Below, piece after piece: positions 50,688 through 62,203 of a stretch of DNA of 64,000 nucleotides. A program made the translations under genes and the position numbers. The stretch comes from Phoronis australis. Taxonomy: Eukaryota > Animalia > Phoronida. The notes beneath the pieces were generated by a model. It searched no databases and was not told the DNA's origin. It was given only the letters and a program-made list of their open reading frames with translations. How positions within the stretch are numbered: position 1 is the first letter of the stretch; every line of letters begins with the position of its first letter. The DNA is taken from positions 1-64,000 of the forward strand of contig NMRA01000779.1 of assembly GCA_002633005.1 (NCBI GenBank), written 5' to 3'.

Positions 50688-51413
50688 ACTCAATATAACA
50701 AATAAAAGCACACACGGTGCCTCTTTTGAGTTAACTTGAAATTGTTATGTTGAAAATGTTTTGGAAATCTGTAAGTCATTGTATGGGATTCGTAGAAAAT
50801 TCCCGGAAGCATACGCGTAGATATCCTAATTACGAGCAAGCGACAGACTATACATGGAGGTTTAGTTCCGTGCAAGATGAATGCCCTAAATTATTCGTGT
50901 TGGTGTTCATTCCATGACAGGGGAAGTAACTTACGGTTTACGTGTCAAACTTATTGTACAAAAATCGCTGAAATCTTTCTTTACACTGCCCTTCCATACG
51001 CATTGAGCACCTTAACCTCTCAGGCATGTGCACTGTACACGGTCATCATTATCATACCAGTGCATCCTCCTCCCGAGTCTGATCGACATGTTTGAGTTTT
51101 CTACACCTATGAACAACTCTCTCTTCCACTTCCAGAAGACAATGCTTCCCAATAATGATCCTCAGAAGAAATCTATTTCTATTTTAACCAATAAAACCAG
51201 CGAGAATATTGTCTTTGTGTTATTCTATCCTTTCGAGTGCCGTCAATGGCTTGGTATTGTAGTTTTTAATAGTTTTACATGCTTGGTCGTTTGGGCCGCA
51301 TGTCTTCATGTTGCTGTGCTTTACATGAAAAAATATTTTTTCAGAGACTTGAACATTATAAATTTCATGTACTTCTCCTAGTGAAAAATTGGCACTACCG
51401 GATTTGTAGGGAG

Positions 51414-51977
51414 TGTCACGTTTTTCCCCGTGCATGGGTGGGCGCAGGTTGTTATAGACCGGTGCTAATAGCTTTCGGGGCGACGACAGACTGAATACTG
51501 GTTCGAGTTAATCCTTTTATTAATCTCGACCGTAGGTTCACAAGCCTACTTCCAACGTAATGTCTGTTCTACACTCCAGTTGCGAAACCTTGACTTGTGA
51601 TGAACTTCTTAGACACGTTCAGCAACTCAACTGTAACTTTCCAGTAACTGACTGTTTTTCAATTCTTAACTAAGTCTCCCAAACCCGTGTCTGGGTATTT
51701 ATAGACTCATGCAACGTTCTAGAACTTTTCACCAATTCAAGCACATTCTGGAACTTCGGAATCTATCCAATCATTCTACAAACATATACTAGCCTCAAGA
51801 ATATTCCTGACTACATTAATCACTGACATGCTAGTGTCTTCTAGAAAATTCCACACTATTATGTAGTAAACATTTACATCATCACTGTACTGACCTCAGG
51901 GGTCATGTCAATCAATAATACAAATAGAACAATAAAACAAAATAATACTAAGAACTGTGTCCGTCAAAATTCTGACA
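51414..51977 (-). mobile_element. Solo LTR (Ty3/Gypsy-like)
   Basis: TGTCA...TGACA; TATAAATA and AATAAA in order on the minus strand; flanks GGGAG/GAGAG. Confidence 0.65.
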
Positions 51978-52099
51978 GAGAGGGATGATTGCGCCGGACC
52001 GCTTCTCCAAGCAAATACTCCTGCTGAAAGGGGCACCTTATTATGCTTGGTTGTATCACTGAAAATGAAAAGAGGTGACAGTCATCGGGTGACAGTCAT

Positions 52100-52263
52100 C
52101 ACGGACGGATCCAGTATTTTGAGTTGGGGGGAGGGGCATGGCAGAGTGTTAGCCAGGATTTCACCCATCAGACATTCGCACCCTCGTACTGCCGGATGGA
52201 ATCTAGGAGAATTTTAGGAGGGAGGGTCCATGGCCCCCTTACCCCCCCTTAAATCCGCCATCG
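52100..52263. mobile_element. Second copy of the 31266-31443 MITE family
   Basis: Shared gcggatcc...ttttgagttggggg...ttagccaggattt...aaatccgcca sequence. Confidence 0.75.
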
Positions 52264-52875
52264 GGTGGCCTAAAAGGTGTTCCTAGAAGAAGTGGCCTTC
52301 TTTAACGTGGAAGGTTAAACAATTTCACTAGAACAGAAAGAGGAGGAATTGACACTAAAGCCTCTTACGTGAGCGGACCCTTTAAGGGAATGACAATAAT
52401 AATAATGAAAATGATAATAATAAGATACAGGAAATGAGTGTCCATGAACACAAGGTTTGGGACCCCCGAATCATTAAATTATAAAAAATCTCAAAAACAT
52501 TAAATTAGCAGCACTTGATTCTGTCTCGTTTCGCCAGGGTCCCAAGTTGTATCACGTGCTATAAATTTTTCAGAAAAAACAGAAAAGAGAGCTACAGGTG
52601 ATTCTTATTATTGTTCTTATTATCCCATGCCAGCGATGGGTCCCAGACATTCAATGTCCTCTTGGATTTAAATATCTGAATCAGTTTGCTCTTCAATATC
52701 TGATGGTAACAAATATTTTCGAAGCTTCTTAAAGTATACACTGGATTACGAGTTTTCACAGACATTGTGACGATCTGTACTGCAAAACTGGGGCCCCAAC
52801 AGGTGTTCTGACCGGAGATACTGAGGGTAGCACCAGCACTGGTAGTTGACAAATGTTTTCTTATCTACATCCTAC

Positions 52876-52963
52876 AACGGGCGCGGCGCAGCACTGCAAA
52901 ATTGGGGGGGGGGGAGGGGGGAGGGGGGCTATAGCCCCAGTCCCCTATGGTGCGCCGCCCATG
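52876..52963. mobile_element. Short GC-rich MITE with 5-bp TSD CCTAC
   Basis: Ends in GGTGCGCCGCCCATG; CCTAC on both sides. Confidence 0.6.
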
Positions 52964-53728
52964 CCTACGCCGTGCGTTTTCTTCCCTTTCCCTATGTAGA
53001 TGTGTGCTGTCGTCTCGCTTTACACCGACACATTATTAGGCAGAGGTGACAGGCACCTGTCCCTATCGTCCCCCCAATTCCTTGTGCTCACGTGCAGCAC
53101 TAGCACCAATAACTGAAACGGAAGAATTTCTGTGCTGTTTCAGATCACGTAGTCTTTGGAGCACTGCAGAATTTTGGAACATTCCACAGACGTTTTTCCA
53201 TAAATCGACATTTTTTGGAGAAATTTCACAGACATGTCCCAATTGACCCACCCATTACGGTGTTTCCTCGCCTTTGTTTGCACTATCTACCTTAAACTTG
53301 CTCAAATTTCCCGGGTGCACTTTATCTAAAGTTGCATTTTAACCCATTTAGCTGACTAAAATCGATCATCGATTCAAGCCTTTTTACTACCATAATGTCG
53401 GTCTACTAAGGCGGCTTATCGTGATAGGATTCTACTTCTGTTACCAACAACGATTTCAAATTTTCGAAACCCTAATCGACTCAACAAAGCACATCTGAGT
53501 TTGTTAGGGCTGGCCAACCCTAAAATCGTAAATTCAAAAATGGCGCGTGATCTCAGTTAAACATGGAAATTGAACCCTATCGCGGTAAGGAAGCCAATAT
53601 TGTGAGAGTAATAGGCCTGAATCGGTTTTCAGTTTATCCACCTAAACGGGGCCAATTGCAGCTTTACAGGAGCCCTTGCGGATACAGCTTTATGACGAAT
53701 TTGTTAATAAACCACTCGCTTTCCCCAG

Positions 53729-53855
53729 TTCCGCTACATCTGAAACGAGATTGTGCTGCGCCCATCTGGTTCACGGCTTTGGTTTTACAAGTACTATTTA
53801 CGACTGTGCTGGCCACGTTTATATGTTCGTGTTGTATATACAGCGAAATGAATCG
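53729..53855 (+). CDS. Mosaic receptor gene: putative transmembrane exon (GC-AG donor)
   Basis: ttccccag|PLHLKRDCAAPIWFTALVLQVLFTTVLATFICSCCIYSEMN CG|gcaagt; phase 2 matches the next exon. Confidence 0.5.
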
Positions 53856-54064
53856 GCAAGTACAATCTATTTCTTTCAATGTACTGTGTTAATGAGCTCT
53901 GTGTTCAATTGCCGAGTCAGTTTCTGAATTGTTGAAGCACCGTTTCTACACTTAAGAATTTGCTTCATGCTCGCCACCACTAACCTGGCTGTCTCAATGG
54001 ATGTATGCACTTACTGAGGGTAAATGTTGGTACTTCATGTCTTGAAATACTTTAACACTTTCAG

Positions 54065-54174
54065 TCACCAATATCTTGACTCTTTTAATGAGGACGAGGA
54101 TACGGAAATAGCAAGGAAGCCCAAATCCGGTACCTTTGTGCAACTGGTAACAGACTGGGTTACTACGAAGACAC
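54065..54174 (+). CDS. Mosaic receptor gene: putative cytoplasmic exon
   Basis: ctttcag|T HQYLDSFNEDEDTEIARKPKSGTFVQLVTDWVTTKT C|gtaagc. Confidence 0.5.
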
Positions 54175-54546
54175 GTAAGCTATTCAAAATTCTGCGCTAT
54201 CGTGATTTTAATAATTGTTTCAGTATATGTTATTGTGTCGCCTTGCCTTAATTGAAAAGAAAAACTGGAGCAGACCCAGTTTTAAATTTGAAATACAACA
54301 AAAATTTCTGGTGGTGTAACATTTGCGACATCCTTGTCTCCGGATTGTTTTCAAAGACGTTAATTCATGATTTGGTTGAGCTTTTGAATTACGGAGTGCT
54401 CCCCACCCAATTCAAAGTTTTGTGACACCAAACTATACTTCTTAAAAGCTTTAAAACTAAACATTTATTTATTTTAGTGAAATCTTGCGATTACCGTCAC
54501 TCATTTGGTGTATAAAACCTGTGGGTATCTTAATAACTCTATTCAG

Positions 54547-54842
54547 TGAAAAGGCCGGACTGGCTCGACAAGATCCCGTATGTTAGTGTTACTGAGAGAC
54601 AGTTGAGAGTAAAGACTAGCAGTGACAGCAGTGGGGCAGATAATAAAAATATCAACTGCGCCATGGGAGAAACGGAATCTGTAGAACTCAGTGGCAGAGG
54701 TCATTACTGGAAGAACGTGTCACGTGCAGCCAACTGCCCAACAAGTCGAGTGCACGAGAAAAGTGGATTAAACAGCAGCCTAAGGAAGCAACAGTCAGGG
54801 TGTAATGGTAACTCTGCATCTTTTTGTGCGTATTTATTATGA
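54547..54842 (+). CDS. Mosaic receptor gene: putative terminal cytoplasmic exon
   Basis: ctattcag|TG AAA, phase 1 matches the previous donor. Encodes LKRPDWLDKIPYVSVTE... to TGA. Confidence 0.45.
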
Positions 54843-55799
54843 TAACTTCGCACACCTACACACGTTTTCTGAGTTGACGCATACCTTGCATTCTTCCTAT
54901 GTATGTGTTGATCACTGGACGGGTGGGGGGGGGGGCTCAACGCCAACCTTTTGGCTAGGGTGGGGAAGATAAGTGCGGGGCAACCTTGGGTACCGTGCAA
55001 AGATCATGGGCTGAAACGCGAAATTCAAATGTTTGGATCGTGAGAGAGTGCTTTTTAAAATAAACTAAGGGCATGCACGGCCTGTTGTTCCCCTGCTCTC
55101 CCGCCAGTGACCTGGATGATCATCGTGCACACCGCATTCTTCACTTGCTTGACATAAGATATTTAGTATCTCTTCGTGTGTGAAAATAACGTTAACTGCG
55201 CACCCCGCTACCTCTCGGGTGACTCATTCTCTTGCTGTAGGCATTTGCCGACAGGTGTCAGCGTGGAAAGGTTCAGCAAAAACTCGGATTTCTCACATTT
55301 AGCTTAACGTCGAAAACCTTGGAAATTACTATCTCTGTTTTACTTATTGACACTATCGTAACTGAGAGATGATTTACTTCAACTAGACAGCGGGGATATA
55401 ATCTCGATACCAAACACATGTACTTGCAGTGAGAGATGTTCTCGATCGTTTGAAGATGAACGATAAAGTTACGAAAGATGACCTCACGGTGAGAACGCAA
55501 AGAAAGCGCAATACACCAAGGCACATATCGTCCTGTGAACTGAACCCGTAGTTTTGTTTACGAAAACATGTTCTTAAGAAAGAAAGAGCGGTGCGTGCTT
55601 GAATTATACAGATCGGGGAAACAAATTATTGTGGTTTGGAAGGATAATTCTTGATCGCTTGGGACTTAACAAAACCCATGCAACACGGGCATTAAAACGA
55701 CATATGCGCGATTATGTCATTTATCCTATAGTGCGCAAAGATAACAGAGACTTATACGCGACAAACTCACAAAACATTTAATGCCCAGAGCTTTCTGGA

Positions 55800-58201
55800 A
55801 GATATTGTTGCGTGTCCCTGAGATGTTGTCAATCTGGGCATAGATGCTAATGCATGCTGGGAAATTGGACACTCATGTTGTATTTCTAAGTCGGTTTGTG
55901 ATAATCACGCACGATTCACGTCAATTAAACTCAGAGCTGACCGACCTCAATGGTTAACGGATGACTATATTGCCCTCTCATTGAACCGTGAATATTGGCA
56001 TACCAAGGCATGGAAATGGGGACTTGCTGATAATTGGTCAAAGGCTAAAGACCTCAGAAATCGTTGCAATAATCTAATCAAAGCACTACCAAAGTGCAAT
56101 TGAAAATGCAAATGGTAGTAAATAACTATGGAAAACTTTTAAAAAGCTTCTAACCGAAAAGGGTAATGATCGAATCCAATCTAGTTGGCGATGCTGAATC
56201 AAGTGATCTCAAGAAAATAGCAGAAGAGCTGAATACATTTTATTTCTTCAGTTGGTAGGAAATTGGCCCAAAAATTCTCTGGTGTGCATCAGCCAAATGA
56301 TTCCAGTCTATTACTTTTCAAAGCGTTTAAGTGTTGTGATATCTCTGGGGATTTCACCTCAACACTGCTTACCAAACTTAACGTAAACAAGTCTACTGGC
56401 ATGGACGAGATTTCATCTAAATTACTGAAACTCGTGGGACCGTTGATCTGTAAATCACTTACATTCATTTTCAACAAATCGTTGGAAACACAGTTCGTAC
56501 CAGCAGCATGGAAGAAGGCCAAAGTGACACCCATTTTTAAGGTAGGCGATGAAAATATTGTAAACAATTATCGTCCAACCTCAGATGTCCCTGTTGTTAT
56601 GAAACTTTTTGAAAGAGGTGTACACTCACAACTGTACTCTTATTTAAAGTCAAACAATTTTTTATTTGACGAACGGTCGGGGTTTCGCCCTGCGCACTCT
56701 ATAACTACTTCTCTTCTTGACATAACTGACTACTTACTTGACAATACGGACAATGGTAATATTACTGGTGCAAACTTTCTGGACCTGAAGAAAGCTTTCG
56801 ATGCTGTTAACCACAATAGCTTAGTATTAAATCTTTCTAGATGTGGTGTACGCGACGCCGAATTCGACTGGTTCTAATCAGTAATTATTTGAGTAACCGG
56901 AATTAAGTTACTATTCTGAATGGGGCGATATCAACACCACTTGACATTAAATATGGTGTCCCCTAAGGGTCGATACTCGGCCCAGTGATATTTTGTGTAC
57001 ACGTAAATGATTAACCCCCGTCAGTGAAACAATGTAGAATTAATTTGTGTGCAGACGACACTGCCGTCTTCTTTGCTGCCAAATGAATGGATGAAGTCAA
57101 GCACCTTAGCAGAAGAAATGAATCGTGTTTATGCTTGGCTTGTGAAGAACAAACTGACACTGAATAATGATAAAATCAAAGCTATGATTATTGGTAGCAG
57201 ACAGAGGCTGGCTGTTTAGTCTCCAAGCAACATTGCCATTACTATCAACGGCACCCAACTGGCAAAAATTGAGAAATATAAATATCTAGGTGTTATTGCT
57301 CAGATTAATCTAATGAAATTTGTATTTCACGCCACTGCTCTCAGGGAAAAGCTGCTCAGCTTTATCCTGTAAATTTTATGTAACATGTGGGCCAAGGCCT
57401 TGAATGTTGAAATACATGAATTTGAATTTGATTGATAATAATTTATCGTGGGACAAACATGTTGAGTATATATGCAAAAAAAGTTTCTCTGTACAAGAGT
57501 CTAATTGTACAACACTTTGATTACTGTGATGTATGGGGTGACTGTGCATCATACCTTCAAGATAGACTTCAAAAATTACAAAACACGACTGGTGTGCTGA
57601 TACTCAACTATAGTAGCCTTTATAATGAGTTTCCTCATTTCAGAAATCCTCGATAAGCACTGTTGGTGCAGCCTAGTTAGCAGGCGTGCCTTTCATTTAA
57701 ACGTTGTGGTGTAAAAAGCCACACATAGCTTCACACCAGTTTACCTAACTACTAAATTCAAAGCAGTCAGAGATTCAAAACCAGAGCGAGTGTTTTTGGC
57801 TACCTGGTATCAGATATACTTAAAAACAACTGTGCGAAAAGAACTTTTGCCTACATATGTGCTGTCGCATACAAAGGTCTGGGGATTGTCATCGCGAACC
57901 CGCCCTATGTCTTCAAACAGAATTAATGGGATTTTGTGCGTGGTTTGGGATTCTAGGCCTCAGCTCATCATTATTTTACTCTATTTTATCCTATTTATTC
58001 ATCTAATTGTACATATCATCTATTTTTATACTGATATATTTTATTTAATAATCTTTTCAATCTAATTGTACATACACGTAGCTGTCTGTATTTTACGTCA
58101 TGTAAATTTTTCCTACTGGGCCCACTTGAAACTCAATGTATTCACTGACGTGGTCACCCAGACTCTTTTAAAGAAGTTTGAATAAACAAATAAATAAATA
58201 T
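55800..58201 (+). mobile_element. 5'-truncated, decayed CR1/L2-clade LINE (RT pseudogene)
   Basis: KSTGMDEISSKLLK, WKKAKVTPIFK, NYRP, GFRPAHS, FLDLKKAFD, GVP*GSILGP, CADDT, YKYLG motifs with stops; tail gaataaacaaataaataaata. Confidence 0.9.
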
Positions 58202-58392
58202 ATTGTCCCATGGTGCACGAGGAATAAAGAGACGTATCCCATAGTGCGTAAGACATTCGTAGTTTTAAATTCTGGATTAGTACTGCAATTACCTTGTGCT
58301 TTCCAGTTTGTCGAGCTTGTTTTTAATTTTAACTGCATGACCTTCGTCAACTGACAATAATCAACAGTATTCACGGTGGTGACAAAATAAAN

Positions 58393-59862
58393 CTACTGGC
58401 ATGGACGAGATTCCATCTAAATTACTGAAACTCGTGGGACCGTTGATCTGTAAATCACTTACATTCATTTTCAACAAATCGTTGGAAACACAGTTCGTAC
58501 CAGCAGCATGGAAGAAGGCCAAAGTGACACCCATTTTTAAGGTAGGCGATAAAAATATTGTAAACAATTATCGTCCAACCTCAGATGTCCATGTTGTTAT
58601 GAAACTTTTTGAAAGAGGTGTACACTCACAACTGTACTCTTATTTAAAGTCAAACAATTTTTTATTTGACGAACGGTCGGGGTTTCGCCCCGCGCACTCT
58701 ATAACTACTTCTCTTCTTGACATAACTGACTACTTACTTGACAATACGGACAATGGTAATATTACTGGTGCAAACTTTCTGGACCTGAAGAAAGCTTTCG
58801 ATGCTGTTAACCACAATAGCTTAGTATTAAATCTTTCCTGTAAATTTTATGTAACATGTGGGCCAAGGCCTTGAATGTTGAAATACATGAATTTGAATTT
58901 GATTGATAATAATTTATCGTGGGACAAACATGTTGAGTATACATGCAAAAAAAGTTTCTCTGTACAAGAGTCTAATTGTACAACACTTTGATTACTGTGA
59001 TGTATGGGGTGACTGTGCATCATACCTTCAAGATAGACTTCAAAAATTACAAAACACGACTGGTGTGCTGATACTCAAATATAGTAGCCTTTATAATGAG
59101 TTTCCTCATTTCAGAAATCCTCTATAAGCACTGTTGGTGCAGCCTAGTTAGCAGGCGTGCCTTTCATTTAAACGTTGTGGTGTAAAAAGCCACGCATAGC
59201 TTCACACCAGTTTACCTAACTACTAAATTCAAAGCAGTCAGAGATTCAAAACCAGAGCGAGTGTTTTTGGCTACCTGGTATCAGATATACTTAAAAACAA
59301 CTGTGGGAAAAGAACTTTTGCCTACAGATCTGCTGTCGCATACAAAGGTCTGGGGATTGTCATCGCGAACCCGCCCTATGTCTTCAAACAGAATTACTGG
59401 GATTTTGTGCGTGGTTTGGGATTCTAGGCCTCAGCTCATCATTATTTTACTCTATTTTATCCTATTTATTCATCTAATTGTACATATCATCTATTTTTAT
59501 ACTGATATATTTTATTTAATAATCTTTTCAATCTAATTGTACATACACGTAGCTGTCTGTATTTTACGTCATGTAAATTTTTCCTACTGGGCCCACTTGA
59601 AACTCAATGTATTCACTGACGTGGTCACCCAGACTCTTTTAAAGAAGTTTGAATAAACAAATAAATAAATATATTGTCCCATGGTGCACGAGGAATAAAG
59701 AGACGTATCCCATAGTGCGTAAGACATTCGTAGTTTTAAATTCTGGATTAGTACTGCAATTACCTTGTGCTTTCCAGTTTGTCGAGCTTGTTTTTAATTT
59801 TAACTGCATGACCTTCGTCAACTGACAATAATCAACAGTATTCACGGTGGTGACAAAATAAA
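58393..59862 (+). repeat. Near-identical second copy of 56393-58391 with a 529-bp deletion (probable haplotype/assembly duplicate)
   Basis: Begins at single N 58392; offset is 2000 before the deletion and 1471 after. Confidence 0.85.
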
Positions 59863-60259
59863 CTTTGAATTAAGTTCGAAGCGCGTTCCCCCACGTGACG
59901 TACCTTTTATGAATTACTGTGATGCCAAGCCAAGGAACGTTACGCGATGGAATTTATTACGAACCTTTGTGGAATTGACAGCACTATGATTGCAAAGAAT
60001 CGCACATGGCTGTTTGTTTGAAAAAGTACTGACTTACAAGTAGGCGTCCCATACACTTTGCTGAAATTACGCACATGTAGCATTCAGTCAAAGTTTAACT
60101 TAGAAGCGACTAATATGTAGGCAGCACTTGCAAAGAGTTAAGTTTATGTAACACGTCGAGATAGTAAGGATCAGTTACCCATAAAGCACAGGGAACACAG
60201 TGCGATCTAACAATAACTATTCTGCGTTCTACCGTGTCTCAGACATGTTTGTCGTCACT

Positions 60260-60974
60260 TTAACGGCATCTACCAAAATAACACCTGCCCCGACAACAGG
60301 CTGGTCTACCTCTACCGCAGAGAGCACTGCGGCGTCCACAAGGCCGACATCGTCCGAAGGAACAATATGGTGTGTATCGGCAACAGCTTGGCCTGCCCCT
60401 ACCGCACAGAGCACCATTTCCACCGCAAGGCCGACATCGTCCAAACAAACAAAAAGGAGCGTTTCTGCAGCAACTGGGCCTGCCTCGACCACACAATGCA
60501 CCATTGCGTCCACAAGGCCGACATCGTCCGAAGGAACAATATGGTGTATATCGGCAACAGCCAGGCCTGCCCCTACCGCACAGAGCACCATTTCCACCGC
60601 AAGGCCGACACCGTCCAAAAGAACAGAAAGGGGTTCTTGCGCAACAGCTTGGCCTGCCCCTACCGCACAGAGCACCATTTCCACCACAAGGCCGACATCG
60701 TCCAAATAAACAAAAAGGAGTGTTTCTGCAGCAAACGGGCCTGCCTCGACCACACAATGCCCCATTGCGTCCACAAGGCCGACATCGTCCGAAGGAACAA
60801 TATGGTGTATATCGGCAACAGCCAGGCCTGTCCCTACCGCACAGAGCACCATTTCCACCGCAAGGTCGACACCGTCCGAAAGAGCAATAAGGGGCGAACC
60901 TGCAGCATGGGGGTCTTCCTCTGCCACAGCGATGTCCGATCCGACCGCACGCTTGTCTCCTCTGGAAGTCCTCA
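60260..60974 (-). CDS. Last exon of a secreted-type precursor: RR|Q site plus eight tandem 29-aa knottin/ICK-type domains
   Basis: ctgattgtag|T GAG GAC TTC CAG AGG AGA CAA GCG TGC... gives EDFQRR-QA-[CX6CX6CCX5CX4C-RP]x7-CX6CX6CCX3CX4C-R-stop. All 48 Cys are invariant and there is synonymous variation between repeats. AATAAA at 59953-59958 (-). Confidence 0.85.
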
Positions 60975-61389
60975 CTACAATCAGAATAATTCTCTTGATA
61001 TCATTTAGTTCAAGCCCGTGCTAGGCATTCGTATGGGAAGTGCAATATTTGTAACTAGTGCACCATCGCATTTACTCTTCAGATTTATTTGAGAATTGTT
61101 CACCCTGGCGTCGCCGATCCTTCTTACCGTTCCGGCTACGTGCATGAAGTCATAAAATAAAGCGACACACTAACACCAATTCTGGCCTATTCTTCTTATT
61201 TTATGCAACAGTTCGTTGGTCCTAATTGAACACCAAATGAACAATAACTGAACACCAAATAAACACTAAGTGAACACCAAATAAACTTGGAATTTACCCA
61301 AGATCAACATTATGCAGTATTAGCGTTAGGAATTAGGAGCATTAACATCGTAAGCACGGTTTTATCTGATGCAAGCTAGACATACATAC

Positions 61390-61483
61390 CTTCGTAAATC
61401 TTTGTCTTGAGGTCTACCTTTGAAGTGCACTGAGTCGTCTCCCATATACCGCCGAATAACAACTTCCTGAAGGCTAAGTTGGT
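61390..61483 (-). CDS. Knottin-array precursor: pro-region exon
   Basis: cttttgtag|AC CAA...CGA AG|gtatgt; phase 1-2 exactly bridges the flanking exons. Encodes DQLSLQEVVIRRYMGDDSVHFKGRPQDKDLRS. Confidence 0.75.
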
Positions 61484-62203
61484 CTACAAAAGCGGCACTT
61501 ATGTGAAAGATTGGTCGGAATAATTTAGGTTTCAACTTCCGTCTTGGAAAATCAAAGAGATGGATTGAAAGAGAAGTAGAAGACAACTTAATTCCAATCT
61601 TGCCATGCAATGTATTAGTTTAATGCTTTACCGACAGGAATCACTACATTCATGTGGGATTTCACATAATGACGTCCTTCTTCTTCCCCCTACCTGTTTT
61701 TGGGCTGGCTTTAAGTGGTCAGACGTCGGTCCAGTGTATCTCTTGTACAGCATATTGTTCTTATTCATTGAAGATAAAAGTAACAGATGTACCATCTCAG
61801 GCACAAAATAACTTCCAAAAGGTCCTCACAAAAGTACATACACCAAGCATGGTAATGAGTAATGGTAAAAACATTGAAGGGGACATAGGAAATTACAATA
61901 TTTGATAATGCCAAAGCAGGGAGCTTACATAAAAATGATAAGATTAAATACATCGAAGTTAAGTAGAAATATTTTAAATAAAAAGATAAAAGCATTGTAC
62001 ATATAATTATGGCGTTGTCACATACATCCCGTATAATTATTAAGTTGAGCAAAGCTGGCTGTATAAACTTTTCTTCAATTGTTGAAAGTAGTTATGTATT
62101 TAATGTGACCAGGGAGATAATTCCATTCCCTAATGGCAACAACAAAAAGGCGTTGCATAAAAACCAATTCCTCGCCTGTGGAGCAATTATTTGCTTCACT
62201 TAC

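Noticed and set aside
52762-53259. Candidate extra exons of the mosaic receptor (52762-52841, 53144-53259)
   Set aside because: Open frames with AG/GT ends, but no domain signal and phases do not link to both neighbours.
60200-61008. Plus-strand ORFs (mucin-like, His-rich, Pro/Gln-rich) and the 248-aa minus ORF over the 87-bp repeats
   Set aside because: Shadow frames. Only the Cys-rich minus frame has invariant residues with synonymous variation, a matching acceptor, upstream phase-compatible exons and a polyA signal.
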